A stretch of 34,480 bases of DNA from Stramenopiles sp. TOSAG23-3. Taxonomy: Eukaryota. The notes beneath the pieces are model-generated. The model was not told the origin of the DNA. It was given only the letters and a program-made list of their open reading frames with translations, and made no database searches. Of this stretch, positions 10,758-19,820 are shown in pieces (position 1 is the first letter of the stretch; every line of letters starts with the position of its first letter). Where the stretch lies: assembly GCA_900128585.1 (NCBI GenBank), contig LT642203.1:1-34480 (forward strand), written 5' to 3'. Position numbers and translations under genes: made by a program.

Positions 10758-10795
10758 AAAGTTTTATCTCTAAAAGTTTTATCTCTAAAGTTTTA
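10751..10795 (+). repeat. Three-copy short tandem repeat overlapping the CMC4 stop codon
   Basis: TCTCT-A(5)-GTTTTA, TCTCT-A(4)-GTTTTA and TCTCT-A(3)-GTTTTA in tandem. Confidence 0.9.
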
Positions 10796-10957
10796 CTTTA
10801 TAAAAAAACTGGGGTGTAAGTAGTATTTTGTGAATTGTACGAAGTACGCATTACGAATTACACAGTATAACTATATAATTTGTTTTTCTTTATTATAGTG
10901 TGAATTCAATTCGCATGTTCAGAGTTATTCATAACAATGTCAGAAGCCTCAGATCAA

Positions 10958-13900
10958 TCAATAGCCGTATTTTCGATGGTGCGCGGTTTCGTTCGGATCG
11001 CGGGCGAACTCGTCTACCTCATGGTGGTCGTCCCGGTGATCTTCCGTCATGTGCAAAAAACTTTCCGTCGGTTGTTCGTAGTGATGGCTATTGTGGTCCT
11101 GTTGTCGGGCATGACCCTCGCCGCTGTCCCGGTCCCTCACGTCTCTGGAACGAAATTGCCCACTCTTAAAAGCCATGATGTCTGGGGAACGGTAGTGTCG
11201 GTGTTTTCCAATGTCCCTGTCGTTCGCTTCAATTATTTCTCGTAGTCGTTCCACAGGGGAGGCAGGGTCCGCCCTCCGCGGACCTTCGTACGAACTGTGC
11301 GGGTCCGTCCGCCCACGACCAGCGTCGCCCTCTGCGATTCTCTGTATAGTTGCCTTGATGTTATCGACGCGGTGGTTCAAGTTGGAAATGCGCGTTTCTG
11401 CCTCATGCTCTGCAGCCGCACGTAGGGATTTCGCCGAGGGCAGCGGTGGGCTGTAGTGTTTCTCCAAGCGCATGGTGAAGGATGCGGGGTCAGACGTCAC
11501 CCGGGCAGCGGTCACTTTAGTGTTTTGGAGCGCGGACTGCGCGTCTAGGGACGCTCTCGACGTTAGTAAGCCGCCCCGCCTCCCACCCAGTGCGCTCAGG
11601 CGATCATTCGATTTCACCATACTTTCCAGCGATTTCCGAAATTCTTGAAGGCGCTTCAGTGGGGACGGCATGGCAGGGTTCATCCGGTTTTTCAGTTGGC
11701 TGGCGTTCCGGGCGCTCTGCTGCAGCCGTTCCGCCTGCCTTGCACGCCGGTCATGCGACAGCTCCGCGTCGAAATCCTTCGCCCATTTGGACACGTCACG
11801 GTCTACTCGATCTATATTGAATTCATGCGCGCCTGCAACGAGCCCGGCCACGCGGGCCTCTTGCATCAGCGACACTCCCCCGTCCGGCAATGCTGGGGCG
11901 ACCCCCCTAATTTCGTTCACGTCCATGGCGCCACCATTACCTTCTTCGGCCTGAGTAACGGATTCTTGAACGTTCTCTGGAGCGATGCCTGCCCCTTCGT
12001 CGGGGTTTGCTGCGTTTTCCAAATACCAGCGCATTGTACCCGTCACGGTGTGCCTAAAAAAATACGCGTTTCGCTCTTCGTCCAAAAGCTGTTGCCAGTA
12101 ACCCCCCTCGGTCGCGTTGCCGGGTTCTTCCCAACGGGTCTCCCTACTCGCAAGGTTGTAATAGTAGGCATTCCCTTCAGCGTCATACTGCTGCGCCCAA
12201 CCACTCAGGACTGGGGCCAGGCGCTCGCTCTCCGGGGTCTGCCGAGGGCTGATGTTGTCCCCTACGACGGCGCCGCCGCCGTCTGCCTGAGCAGTGGGCG
12301 AGGACGCGGGGGATTGCTCCCTTCGAGGCGGGGAAGCATCGCCGCCTTCCTCAGTTTCAGGGCTCATTGCCTCTGCAATGGATTCCAGCACGCCGCCAGC
12401 ATTCAAGGCCAGCTCTTGGTCTAAGGCTTCTGCACCTTCCTCCGGTGCTACCGGCAAATCCAAAGGCCTGGTCCATGTTGTCCGCCGGGATCGCTTCTGA
12501 CCACCCACAGCGCCATCATTTACTTCGTAGTACGACCGTCCGGACGTATTGTCTAAATATTGCACGGCATCGGATGCCCCAACTGCCTCGCCACTTTCCG
12601 TACCGCTGTCGGCTGGTCTTTCGCCCTCCTCGTTGGGCGCGTCCGCCGTTGTTCCCGGTTCATCTTCAAAGCTCACCCTGAACCCATTCGGCTTCGTCCA
12701 AGTGGTTCTCCTGGATTTCTTAGCCTTGTCGGAAACTTCGTAGTACGGCTGCCCGGATGATTCGTCTATGTACTCAACGCTATCGTCCCTCGTCGTCGTC
12801 GCGTCCTCGGGCGCCGACTCCCCGGGCCCCTCGTTCCATGCTCCTGGCCCTTCAGCATCGAAGGGTTTCGTACCGACGGGCTTCGTCCACGTGGTTCGTC
12901 TTTGTTTTTTGACTTTATCGTTCACTTCGTAGTACACTTTTCCGGACGCTTCGTCAACGAATTCCTTTGTTTCAGCGGGCCTGGCCCCGTCCCCACCTTC
13001 GCCCCCCACCGTACCAAAATCAAGCTCACCAGGGTCGCCGCCTGCCTCCGCGTTCCGGACAGGCGTCCACGTGGTTCGCCTTTTCTTCTTTTCTTTATCG
13101 TAAATTTCGTAGTAAGGCTTCCCGGAAGCTTCGTCGAAGTGCTCCACGGGGGTGATGTCAGCGTCATCCCCCCCCCCCGCCTCCTGCTCTTCATCCCTAA
13201 CCGCCGCGAGCATTGCACTAATGTCTTCCCCGTCTTCCTCATCTTGATTCACAGCATCCTCCGCAGAATTATTAATGATTTCGTCCACTGTTTCGTCGAG
13301 CATGATGCTCAAATTGTGCCGCAGCTCCTCCAAGCGTTGCCGTGGAGTAAATTCTTGCGCCTCGGAGGCGATCTCGGCACGATGCTTCGCCTCCACTTGA
13401 GAAACAGCCTTTCTCTGCTCCTCTGGCTTTGCTACGATGTCACGAAGCGTGGTTCGCAGCATCCCCATCCGGGCCATGGTGGGAGACGTGGGGCCAGTTG
13501 GGAGGTTGGAAGGGGAACTGCCGGCATCACGTCCTGCAGAGTCCTTCGCAGTTTTGCTGCGGCGTTCCACTCGCGCCGCCCGTGGACTTTGGGTTTGCTG
13601 TGGGCCAGACGGCGAACGCCCCTTTTCAAGCTTGGCAAGAATACTCTCTGTTCTGTCTACCCCCAACTGCTCAACCAAGACGATTCGCCTGGCTGCCGCA
13701 AGGGCTTCCATTCCTTGGAAGGAGGCCTCTGCGGCCTCCGCGGCAAGCTCCGCAACCTCAGACGACGACTGTGTACCCATAAATAGCGCACGGTGCAGCC
13801 GGCCCGACTTTTCGTGCAAGTACAGAGCCTTTGAGACCGTATCAAACGCTGACTCGCTCAGCGAGGTCGATGCCAGCTTCTTTTCTTCCTTAATTTCTTC

Positions 13901-14425
13901 ACGAAGCAGTTTTATCCCTGGACTGTTTTCTGGTGCGTACCCGTCCAAATACGAAGCTTTGATCAACTCCTCGTTCACAAGGCGGCTTTTCCCGATGAGT
14001 GCGTCGACGCGAGCCACGAGGGCCGGGCTGTCGTAGCTGCTAAGGTTTGGGCTGCCCCGTTTCGCGCCGCTCTTGCCCGGAGTCTTCGAGTAGCGGTCGC
14101 CATCTAGCGCAGAGGTTATGGTCTTGCTGACCTTCAAAGATGGACTGGGCGGAAGGGCGGTAGTACCTGCTGGTGGTGGTAGTGACGACGAAAAGTGCTT
14201 TCTCCCCGACTCTTTTGGTTCATGGAGCCAGTCCATCGTCCTCGGCTGCTGAAAAAGGCGCGAGGAGGACGAGAGAGTCGGCCGGATCGACTCAATCATG
14301 GGCGAAGTTTCTCTCGCGTTACCGCCTTCTCGTGGAAGCACCCGCCCAGAAGACGACAAGTCACGGCTTGCCGAAGACCGTGGCGCCGGGCGTCTTGCTC
14401 TCGGCGACGACGCAGACGAAGACAT
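10958..14425 (-). CDS. Large, mostly disordered protein with six WW/WW-like modules and coiled coils
   Basis: 1155-aa ORF. Four repeats of (E/Q)xxDxxSGxxYYExxD..RRTTWT(K/R)P, a canonical WW (GWAQQYDAEGNAYYYNLASRETRWEEP) and a second WW (YWQQLLDEERNAYFFRHTVTGTMRW). Confidence 0.88.
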   Translation of the reverse strand: MSSSASSPRARRPAPRSSASRDLSSSGRVLPREGGNARETSPMIESIRPTLSSSSRLFQQPRTMDWLHEPKESGRKHFSSSLPPPAGTTALPPSPSLKVSKTITSALDGDRYSKTPGKSGAKRGSPNLSSYDSPALVARVDALIGKSRLVNEELIKASYLDGYAPENSPGIKLLREEIKEEKKLASTSLSESAFDTVSKALYLHEKSGRLHRALFMGTQSSSEVAELAAEAAEASFQGMEALAAARRIVLVEQLGVDRTESILAKLEKGRSPSGPQQTQSPRAARVERRSKTAKDSAGRDAGSSPSNLPTGPTSPTMARMGMLRTTLRDIVAKPEEQRKAVSQVEAKHRAEIASEAQEFTPRQRLEELRHNLSIMLDETVDEIINNSAEDAVNQDEEDGEDISAMLAAVRDEEQEAGGGDDADITPVEHFDEASGKPYYEIYDKEKKKRRTTWTPVRNAEAGGDPGELDFGTVGGEGGDGARPAETKEFVDEASGKVYYEVNDKVKKQRRTTWTKPVGTKPFDAEGPGAWNEGPGESAPEDATTTRDDSVEYIDESSGQPYYEVSDKAKKSRRTTWTKPNGFRVSFEDEPGTTADAPNEEGERPADSGTESGEAVGASDAVQYLDNTSGRSYYEVNDGAVGGQKRSRRTTWTRPLDLPVAPEEGAEALDQELALNAGGVLESIAEAMSPETEEGGDASPPRREQSPASSPTAQADGGGAVVGDNISPRQTPESERLAPVLSGWAQQYDAEGNAYYYNLASRETRWEEPGNATEGGYWQQLLDEERNAYFFRHTVTGTMRWYLENAANPDEGAGIAPENVQESVTQAEEGNGGAMDVNEIRGVAPALPDGGVSLMQEARVAGLVAGAHEFNIDRVDRDVSKWAKDFDAELSHDRRARQAERLQQSARNASQLKNRMNPAMPSPLKRLQEFRKSLESMVKSNDRLSALGGRRGGLLTSRASLDAQSALQNTKVTAARVTSDPASFTMRLEKHYSPPLPSAKSLRAAAEHEAETRISNLNHRVDNIKATIQRIAEGDAGRGRTDPHSSYEGPRRADPASPVERLREIIEANDRDIGKHRHYRSPDIMAFKSGQFRSRDVRDRDSGEGHARQQDHNSHHYEQPTESFLHMTEDHRDDHHEVDEFARDPNETAHHRKYGY

Positions 14426-14622
14426 GATGTTCTTTTTCCGTTCGCCGATACCAAAACTATAAACTATACCTATTTCACTATGTACAAAGTTTACAACAAT
14501 AAAATATATATTTTTCTATCGAGTGTGTGTGTGTCTTTCCTTCAATATAATTTATAAATCTGTTCAACGTAGCATTGTATATAAATAAAACTAAATGACA
14601 AAAAAGTGTATTACAAAAAGCA

Positions 14623-15008
14623 CTTCTTCTTCTTTTTTTTGTTTTTGTGTTGTAGTGTTTTTTTGATGTTCTTCTTCTTCTTCTTCTTCTTCCTTCTTCT
14701 TCTTCTTCCTTCTTCCGTCTTTTTTTTTTTTTCTTTCTTTCTTTTTTTTTTTTTTTCTTTCTTTTTTCTTCTTCTTTTTTTTCTTTCTTCTTTTTTTTTC
14801 TTCTTTTCTTTTTTTCTTTTCTTTTCTTCTTTTCTTCTTTTCTTCTTCTTCTTCTTTTCTTCTTCTTCTTTTTTATTTTTTCTTCTTTTTTTTTTCTTCT
14901 TCGTTCTGTTGTTTTTTTTCTTTTTTTTTTGTCTTCTTTTTTTCTTCTTCTTCGTGGTGGTGTCTTTTTTTCTTCTTCTTCTTCTTCTTCTTCTTCTTCT
15001 TCTTCTTT
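14623..15008. repeat. Polypyrimidine (TTC)n / poly-T low-complexity tract
   Basis: About 390 bp composed almost only of T and C. There are clean TTC runs near both ends and an irregular middle. Confidence 0.95.
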
Positions 15009-15093
15009 TAATATCTAATATATCTCATCTAATAATATTAATTACCTCTACAAAACATTTCCTCTTTTTAAAACAAGAAAAATTGGCTGTTAT

Positions 15094-15252
15094 TTTATAG
15101 TAATTAAAATTAAAGAAAATAGAAGGTGTCAGTTCAAGAACAATATCTCCTCCTATTGCAGATCCTCCCCAAGTTCTGGTCAAGATTCCAATTGATTGGC
15201 ATTGTTCTTGAACTGACACCTTCTTTTTCTCTTTAATTTTAATTACTATAAA
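15094..15252. repeat. Long inverted repeat (hairpin), ~51-bp arms and 56-nt spacer
   Basis: The left arm 15094-15144 (TTTATAGTAATTAAAATTAAAGAAAATAGAAGGTGTCAGTTCAAGAACAAT) is the reverse complement of 15201-15252, apart from one indel and one mismatch. Confidence 0.95.
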
Positions 15253-15614
15253 CAACTTAGATGCATGTCTCTATTTGTCATACATAAGCTACCAATAAAA
15301 TAAATTATTTCACAAATCGTGACATTTTCAAAGTGTTTCTCCGCACTAGGTAAACCTTGAAGCCTTCCATTGATTGAACAATAACGTCTACCACTACTGG
15401 TTATAGAACAAAATTCACCAGCAATCATTGTCCATACATTATCTGGTATTGCATCATCTTGATAGACCGATCTCACCAAACCATATCTATCTATAATTCT
15501 CATTCTATAATATGGTCGTATTGTTTGTGTACTGACTCTTCTTACTGGAGAATTAATGATATCCAACTCCTGCAATGCAACATTTGTTTCATCTGCAGAA
15601 CGATAAAGTGCCAT
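15246..15614 (-). CDS. AT-rich orphan ORF or gene fragment (122 aa), weak resemblance to LamG/ConA-like jelly-roll
   Basis: The ATG-started frame stays open for 369 nt in AT-rich DNA where stops are frequent. DNVWTMIAGEF...YCSINGRLQG...YFIG resembles the LamG pattern W.H.A...Y.NG.L...IG. It may be a pseudogene. Confidence 0.4.
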   Translation of the reverse strand: MALYRSADETNVALQELDIINSPVRRVSTQTIRPYYRMRIIDRYGLVRSVYQDDAIPDNVWTMIAGEFCSITSSGRRYCSINGRLQGLPSAEKHFENVTICEIIYFIGSLCMTNRDMHLSCL

Positions 15615-16512
15615 ATACCCCTAATTTGGATATAATTTCGGAAAATTGCTACTATGGCAATACGTGGAAAAAAAAGAAAACGATATAACACTTTTAAAAT
15701 AGTATTTAACTCTCTCAAATGTAATAAATATGTTGTAAACAACTTGTTTAAAGATGTTTATTAAATTTTGGGGGAGTTAAATCGATTATTCGTGTTTTTA
15801 TTCTATTTTTTCGTTTTGAAGAAGTGTGTTTGGATCTTTCAGTTTTTGTAAAAAAAAAAGGGCCAACCAAATTGAACTTTATCCGTAATATTATTATATT
15901 TTAATTTTGTGTAAACTGGTAAATATATACCTGGTAAAATAAAAAAAAAAAATTAATAAAAAAATAATTAATCATCATTTGGCCTATTTTTTTTATTAGG
16001 GGCCTGTACTTAGTAATATCTGCATAACCTAGGTCATCAGCTAGGATGTAATATAATATTTAATGGATTTAATGACTTTTCAGGCGGCGGCACTACCTTG
16101 TTTTTTTGTTTTGGTAGTGGTTGAGCTGATATTACACATAATATAATTAAAATATATTAATGTACATATTATATAAATATTTTCGATTTCTTCATTTCTC
16201 TTTGTTAAAAGTAAATATACACGCGTATTAAAATATGTATCTTGCTTTGTATTGTTATTCTGTATTTGATTGTGATTGTTTATTACAAATACTGTATATC
16301 AAATGTCGTATGTGCGTTTGTCGTAAGCTTTAACTTTTCGTAATAACTACTTCATTTGTTGTTATGTATCTTCTTCTGGTCATTTCTTTTTTCTTCTTCG
16401 TCTTTAAATTTATTTACCACAAGTATCTTTTTATTTGCGACACCAGAGATTTTAAAAAATCAGGTGGTTTCCGTCTCGCGATAAATATGCCCTGTGGCGA
16501 AGATCATCAACT

Positions 16513-18510
16513 CTACTTGATCCAACAAAATCCAGTAAGCCAACAAACCAAAAAATAACAAACAAAAAAAAAAGCAAAAAGAAAAAATAGGGGTGCGAAG
16601 ATGCCCAAAACCCAGAATTTCGCACACCCAATCACACGAGGATTGGACAAACAATTCAAACAACATATTTCAACAACGCCAACAATCTCTGTGATAATAC
16701 ATTTTTTTTCCGTTTTACCCCCGTGTGCTCTTAATAGCTCTTTTACTTCATCGGTCTTCGCAACATCCAACGGCGTGTTCCAATATTTATTCTTTTTGTT
16801 TGGGTCCGCCCCCTGCTCCAAAAGGAGTTTACATACTTCGGTGTCACCCAACTTGGCTGCCTTATGCAACGGCGTCCATCCATATTTATTCTTTTTGTTT
16901 GGGTCCGCCCCGTTCCCCAATAGGAGTGCCACTACTTCGGTGTGACCATTCCATGCTGCATGATGTAACGGCGTCTCTCTATACTTACTCGCTTGATTTA
17001 TATTCGCCCCCTTATCCAACAGGAGTTTGCAAACTTCGGTGTGACCTTGTACGGCTGCCTTATGCAACGGCGTGTGTCCATATTTAGTCTCCGCTTTATT
17101 TGGGTCCGCCCCCTTCTTCAATAGGAGTTTTGCCATTTCGGTGTGACCTTTGGCGGCTGCATATTGCAACGGCGTCTCTCCATACTTATCTCCTTGATTG
17201 ATATTCGCCCCGTTCTCCAATAGGAGTTTCACTATCTCAGTGTGACCACGGGAGGCTGCCGAATACAACGGCGTGTATCCTTTCTTATCTCCTTGGTTGA
17301 TATCCGCTCCCTTCTCCAACAGGAGTTTTGCTACTTCAATGTGAACTTTTTGAACTGCCGAATACAACGGCGTGTATCCATCGTTATTCGCTTTATTTGG
17401 ATTCGCCCCCCTAGCCAACAGGAGTTTCACTGCTTCGGTGCGACCGTTTAGGGCTGCCTCATGCAACGGCGTCCATCCATCAATATTCTTTTTGTTTGGG
17501 TCCGCCCCATTCTCCAACAGGAGTTTCACTACTTCGGTGTGACCATAGCGGGCTGGAAAATGCAACGGCGTCTCTCCGACTCTATTCGCTTGATTTATAT
17601 TCGCCCCGTTCTCCAACAGGAGTTTTGCTACTTCGGTGTGACCATTGAAGGCTGCCCCATGCAACGGCACCTGTCTATATATATTCTCTTTATTTGGGTC
17701 CGCCCCGTTCTCCATCAGGAGTTTACACATTTCGGTGTGACCCTCGTCGGCTGCATAATGCAACGGCATTTCTTTTTTTAAATTATATTTATTTGGGTCT
17801 GCCCCCTTCTCCAACAGGAGTTTCACTATTTCGGTGTGACCCTCTTCGGCTGCATAATGCAACGGCGTGAATTTCTTGAGATCGATATATACCGTAATAT
17901 TTCTACCTTTTCGGACACCATGAAAGTTAAATGTTATGGGGGCACGGCGGGATTTTTTTTTGCCACTCCCTCCTCCTGTCGCTACTTTTGGATACGCCCC
18001 GTTCTCCAACAGGAGTTTCACTACTTCGGTGTGACCCTCTTTGGCTGCCAAATGCAACGGCGTCAGTTTCACTTTAGCCGCTAGATTTGGGTCCGCCCCC
18101 TTCTTCAGCAGGAGTTTCACTATTTCGGTGTGACCCTTCCATGCTGCATAATGCAACGGCATACGTCCCCGTTGATCAGGTGCATGGATATTTGCCCCCT
18201 TATCCAACAGGAGTTTCACTACTTCGGTGTGACCTTCTCGGGCTGCTGCCCCTAAGCCTGTACGTTTAGGGTCACAATCAAAAAAGTAGGGAAGGGTACG
18301 ATCCATTCTACTCACATCCTTCCCCACTTGATTCAGTACCTCTGGATTGTTTGCCAGAAATAATTTGACATCCTCTATATCGCCTCTATGGCACGCGACA
18401 AGGAAGGGTGTGCCTTCTGGGTAGTCTTTTTTATATTTTTCATTTAATGCTACCACCGAACCACCAGATGACGACATATTATTATTATTAGCAAATTCCA
18501 TTTTGACCAT
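16513..18510 (-). CDS. Ankyrin-repeat protein (14 internal repeats plus caps) with hydrophobic Cys-rich C-terminal tail
   Basis: Repeated TPLHxAAxxGHTEVxKLLLExGAD/NxN units of 33 aa. Alternative starts are at 18501 and 18477. The C-terminus FWVLGIFAPLFFLFAFFFVCYFLVCWLTGFCW is TM-like. Confidence 0.95.
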   Translation of the reverse strand: MVKMEFANNNNMSSSGGSVVALNEKYKKDYPEGTPFLVACHRGDIEDVKLFLANNPEVLNQVGKDVSRMDRTLPYFFDCDPKRTGLGAAAREGHTEVVKLLLDKGANIHAPDQRGRMPLHYAAWKGHTEIVKLLLKKGADPNLAAKVKLTPLHLAAKEGHTEVVKLLLENGAYPKVATGGGSGKKKSRRAPITFNFHGVRKGRNITVYIDLKKFTPLHYAAEEGHTEIVKLLLEKGADPNKYNLKKEMPLHYAADEGHTEMCKLLMENGADPNKENIYRQVPLHGAAFNGHTEVAKLLLENGANINQANRVGETPLHFPARYGHTEVVKLLLENGADPNKKNIDGWTPLHEAALNGRTEAVKLLLARGANPNKANNDGYTPLYSAVQKVHIEVAKLLLEKGADINQGDKKGYTPLYSAASRGHTEIVKLLLENGANINQGDKYGETPLQYAAAKGHTEMAKLLLKKGADPNKAETKYGHTPLHKAAVQGHTEVCKLLLDKGANINQASKYRETPLHHAAWNGHTEVVALLLGNGADPNKKNKYGWTPLHKAAKLGDTEVCKLLLEQGADPNKKNKYWNTPLDVAKTDEVKELLRAHGGKTEKKCIITEIVGVVEICCLNCLSNPRVIGCAKFWVLGIFAPLFFLFAFFFVCYFLVCWLTGFCWIK
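16770..18250. repeat. ~99-bp coding tandem repeat array (ankyrin units)
   Basis: The blocks AGGAGTTT, TTCGGTGTGACC and ATGCAACGGC recur at ~99-bp period on the + strand. Confidence 0.95.
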
Positions 18511-19820
18511 ACTCTTTCTTTCCGAGAAAGAGTATCTGACGACGCAGAATATTTTGACCAGAAAATCGGCCTCGAGGATTTGAGGATTTGCAGATAAATA
18601 TTTACGTAACCTTGTAAATGAGAACGATTGGCCATTAGTGCATTATTTCAAAATGGCACTTAATGTTGTAAGTACTACTTTCACGACATTATTGATAGGA
18701 AATGAAAGTAGTAGTGTCGCGTATTTAAGTACAACATAAGGCACATTCATCATACATATCATCCTCTAAACATTGTCATATACAAATTTGAATACAAACA
18801 ATCACCAATGTTATTTATTTATATCTCTACAAACATTATATATTTGCTTTCGCTCCTCTATCTGTATGTTTGGTATGTTTATTTGACATATTTCTAAAAT
18901 ATGATAACTATTGTTCCTATCACGACACTACAAAAAGTACAAACCATTTTTTTAATAAAATAATACTGTACTGTGTAATAATTATTGTATTTATATAGAC
19001 GACTATTATTATTCAATAAAGGCTCAACTCTAACTCTGAACTCAACTTATTTTTTGAAGTATAGTACTATTACAAGAAAAATGATTAAGATTATTCTACT
19101 GTTTTGTTCTAATACTGTATACAGACTAGGCTATATTTAATAGCAATACCGTACTGCTGACTAGAAAAATATATATAAATAATGGTATGAGTTGGATTGA
19201 ACTTGTTTTTTACTTCTTCTTAATAGTTAATAATTAAACAACAGGTAAATAGTATTATAGTCTATCAAAATGATGGTTTTTAGTTCTTTTCTTTTTCTTC
19301 ATTTTGTTATTCTTGCCATTCTTTAGTATATTAAGGAAGTTAGAAATAGTATAACTTTAATTTAACTTTAATAACCCAATTTTAATTTATTTACCTTAAT
19401 TATTGAAGTTGACGGATTGTTCCCCAAGAAGACGACAATAAAAAAGAAGTGTAAAAAAAAAAAATAATTAATAATAGTATAGTCATCAACGGCGAAGACT
19501 TTTTTTTCAGCATCATAACAGGTACACAATAGGAAGAAAAAAGATAATTATTTTTATATTATATTATTATTATTTATTATCTTTCTTCTTCGTTTATTTG
19601 TGACTTACTACTTCTTTTTAGAAATAATTCATCGTCGAGGATGTCTTTTCATGGTGTTAGTTGTGTATGTTTAATTTGCACTCATTTGTATTCATTTCAA
19701 GAAAGAATTCCTTGCTGAAAGTTCAATACTTTCTATCCGTAGTATTTACAAAATAACATTTGCAACAACCACCGCCTTCATTTAACTATCGACCGATACT
19801 AAATTACCACTGATACGACT

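Noticed and set aside
14606-15100. 164-aa Phe/Leu/Ser-rich ORF
   Set aside because: It is a translation of the TTC/poly-T tract and not a credible protein.
15851-15994. Weak inverted match A(n)GGGCCAA ... TTGGCCTAT(n) as possible transposon ends
   Set aside because: Only about 6 informative bases match outside the homopolymers, and there is no TSD or transposase.
16770-18250. Regularly spaced conserved DNA blocks with variable intervals, superficially CRISPR-like
   Set aside because: The period is 99 bp and in frame with an ankyrin ORF. There are no cas genes and the context is eukaryotic.
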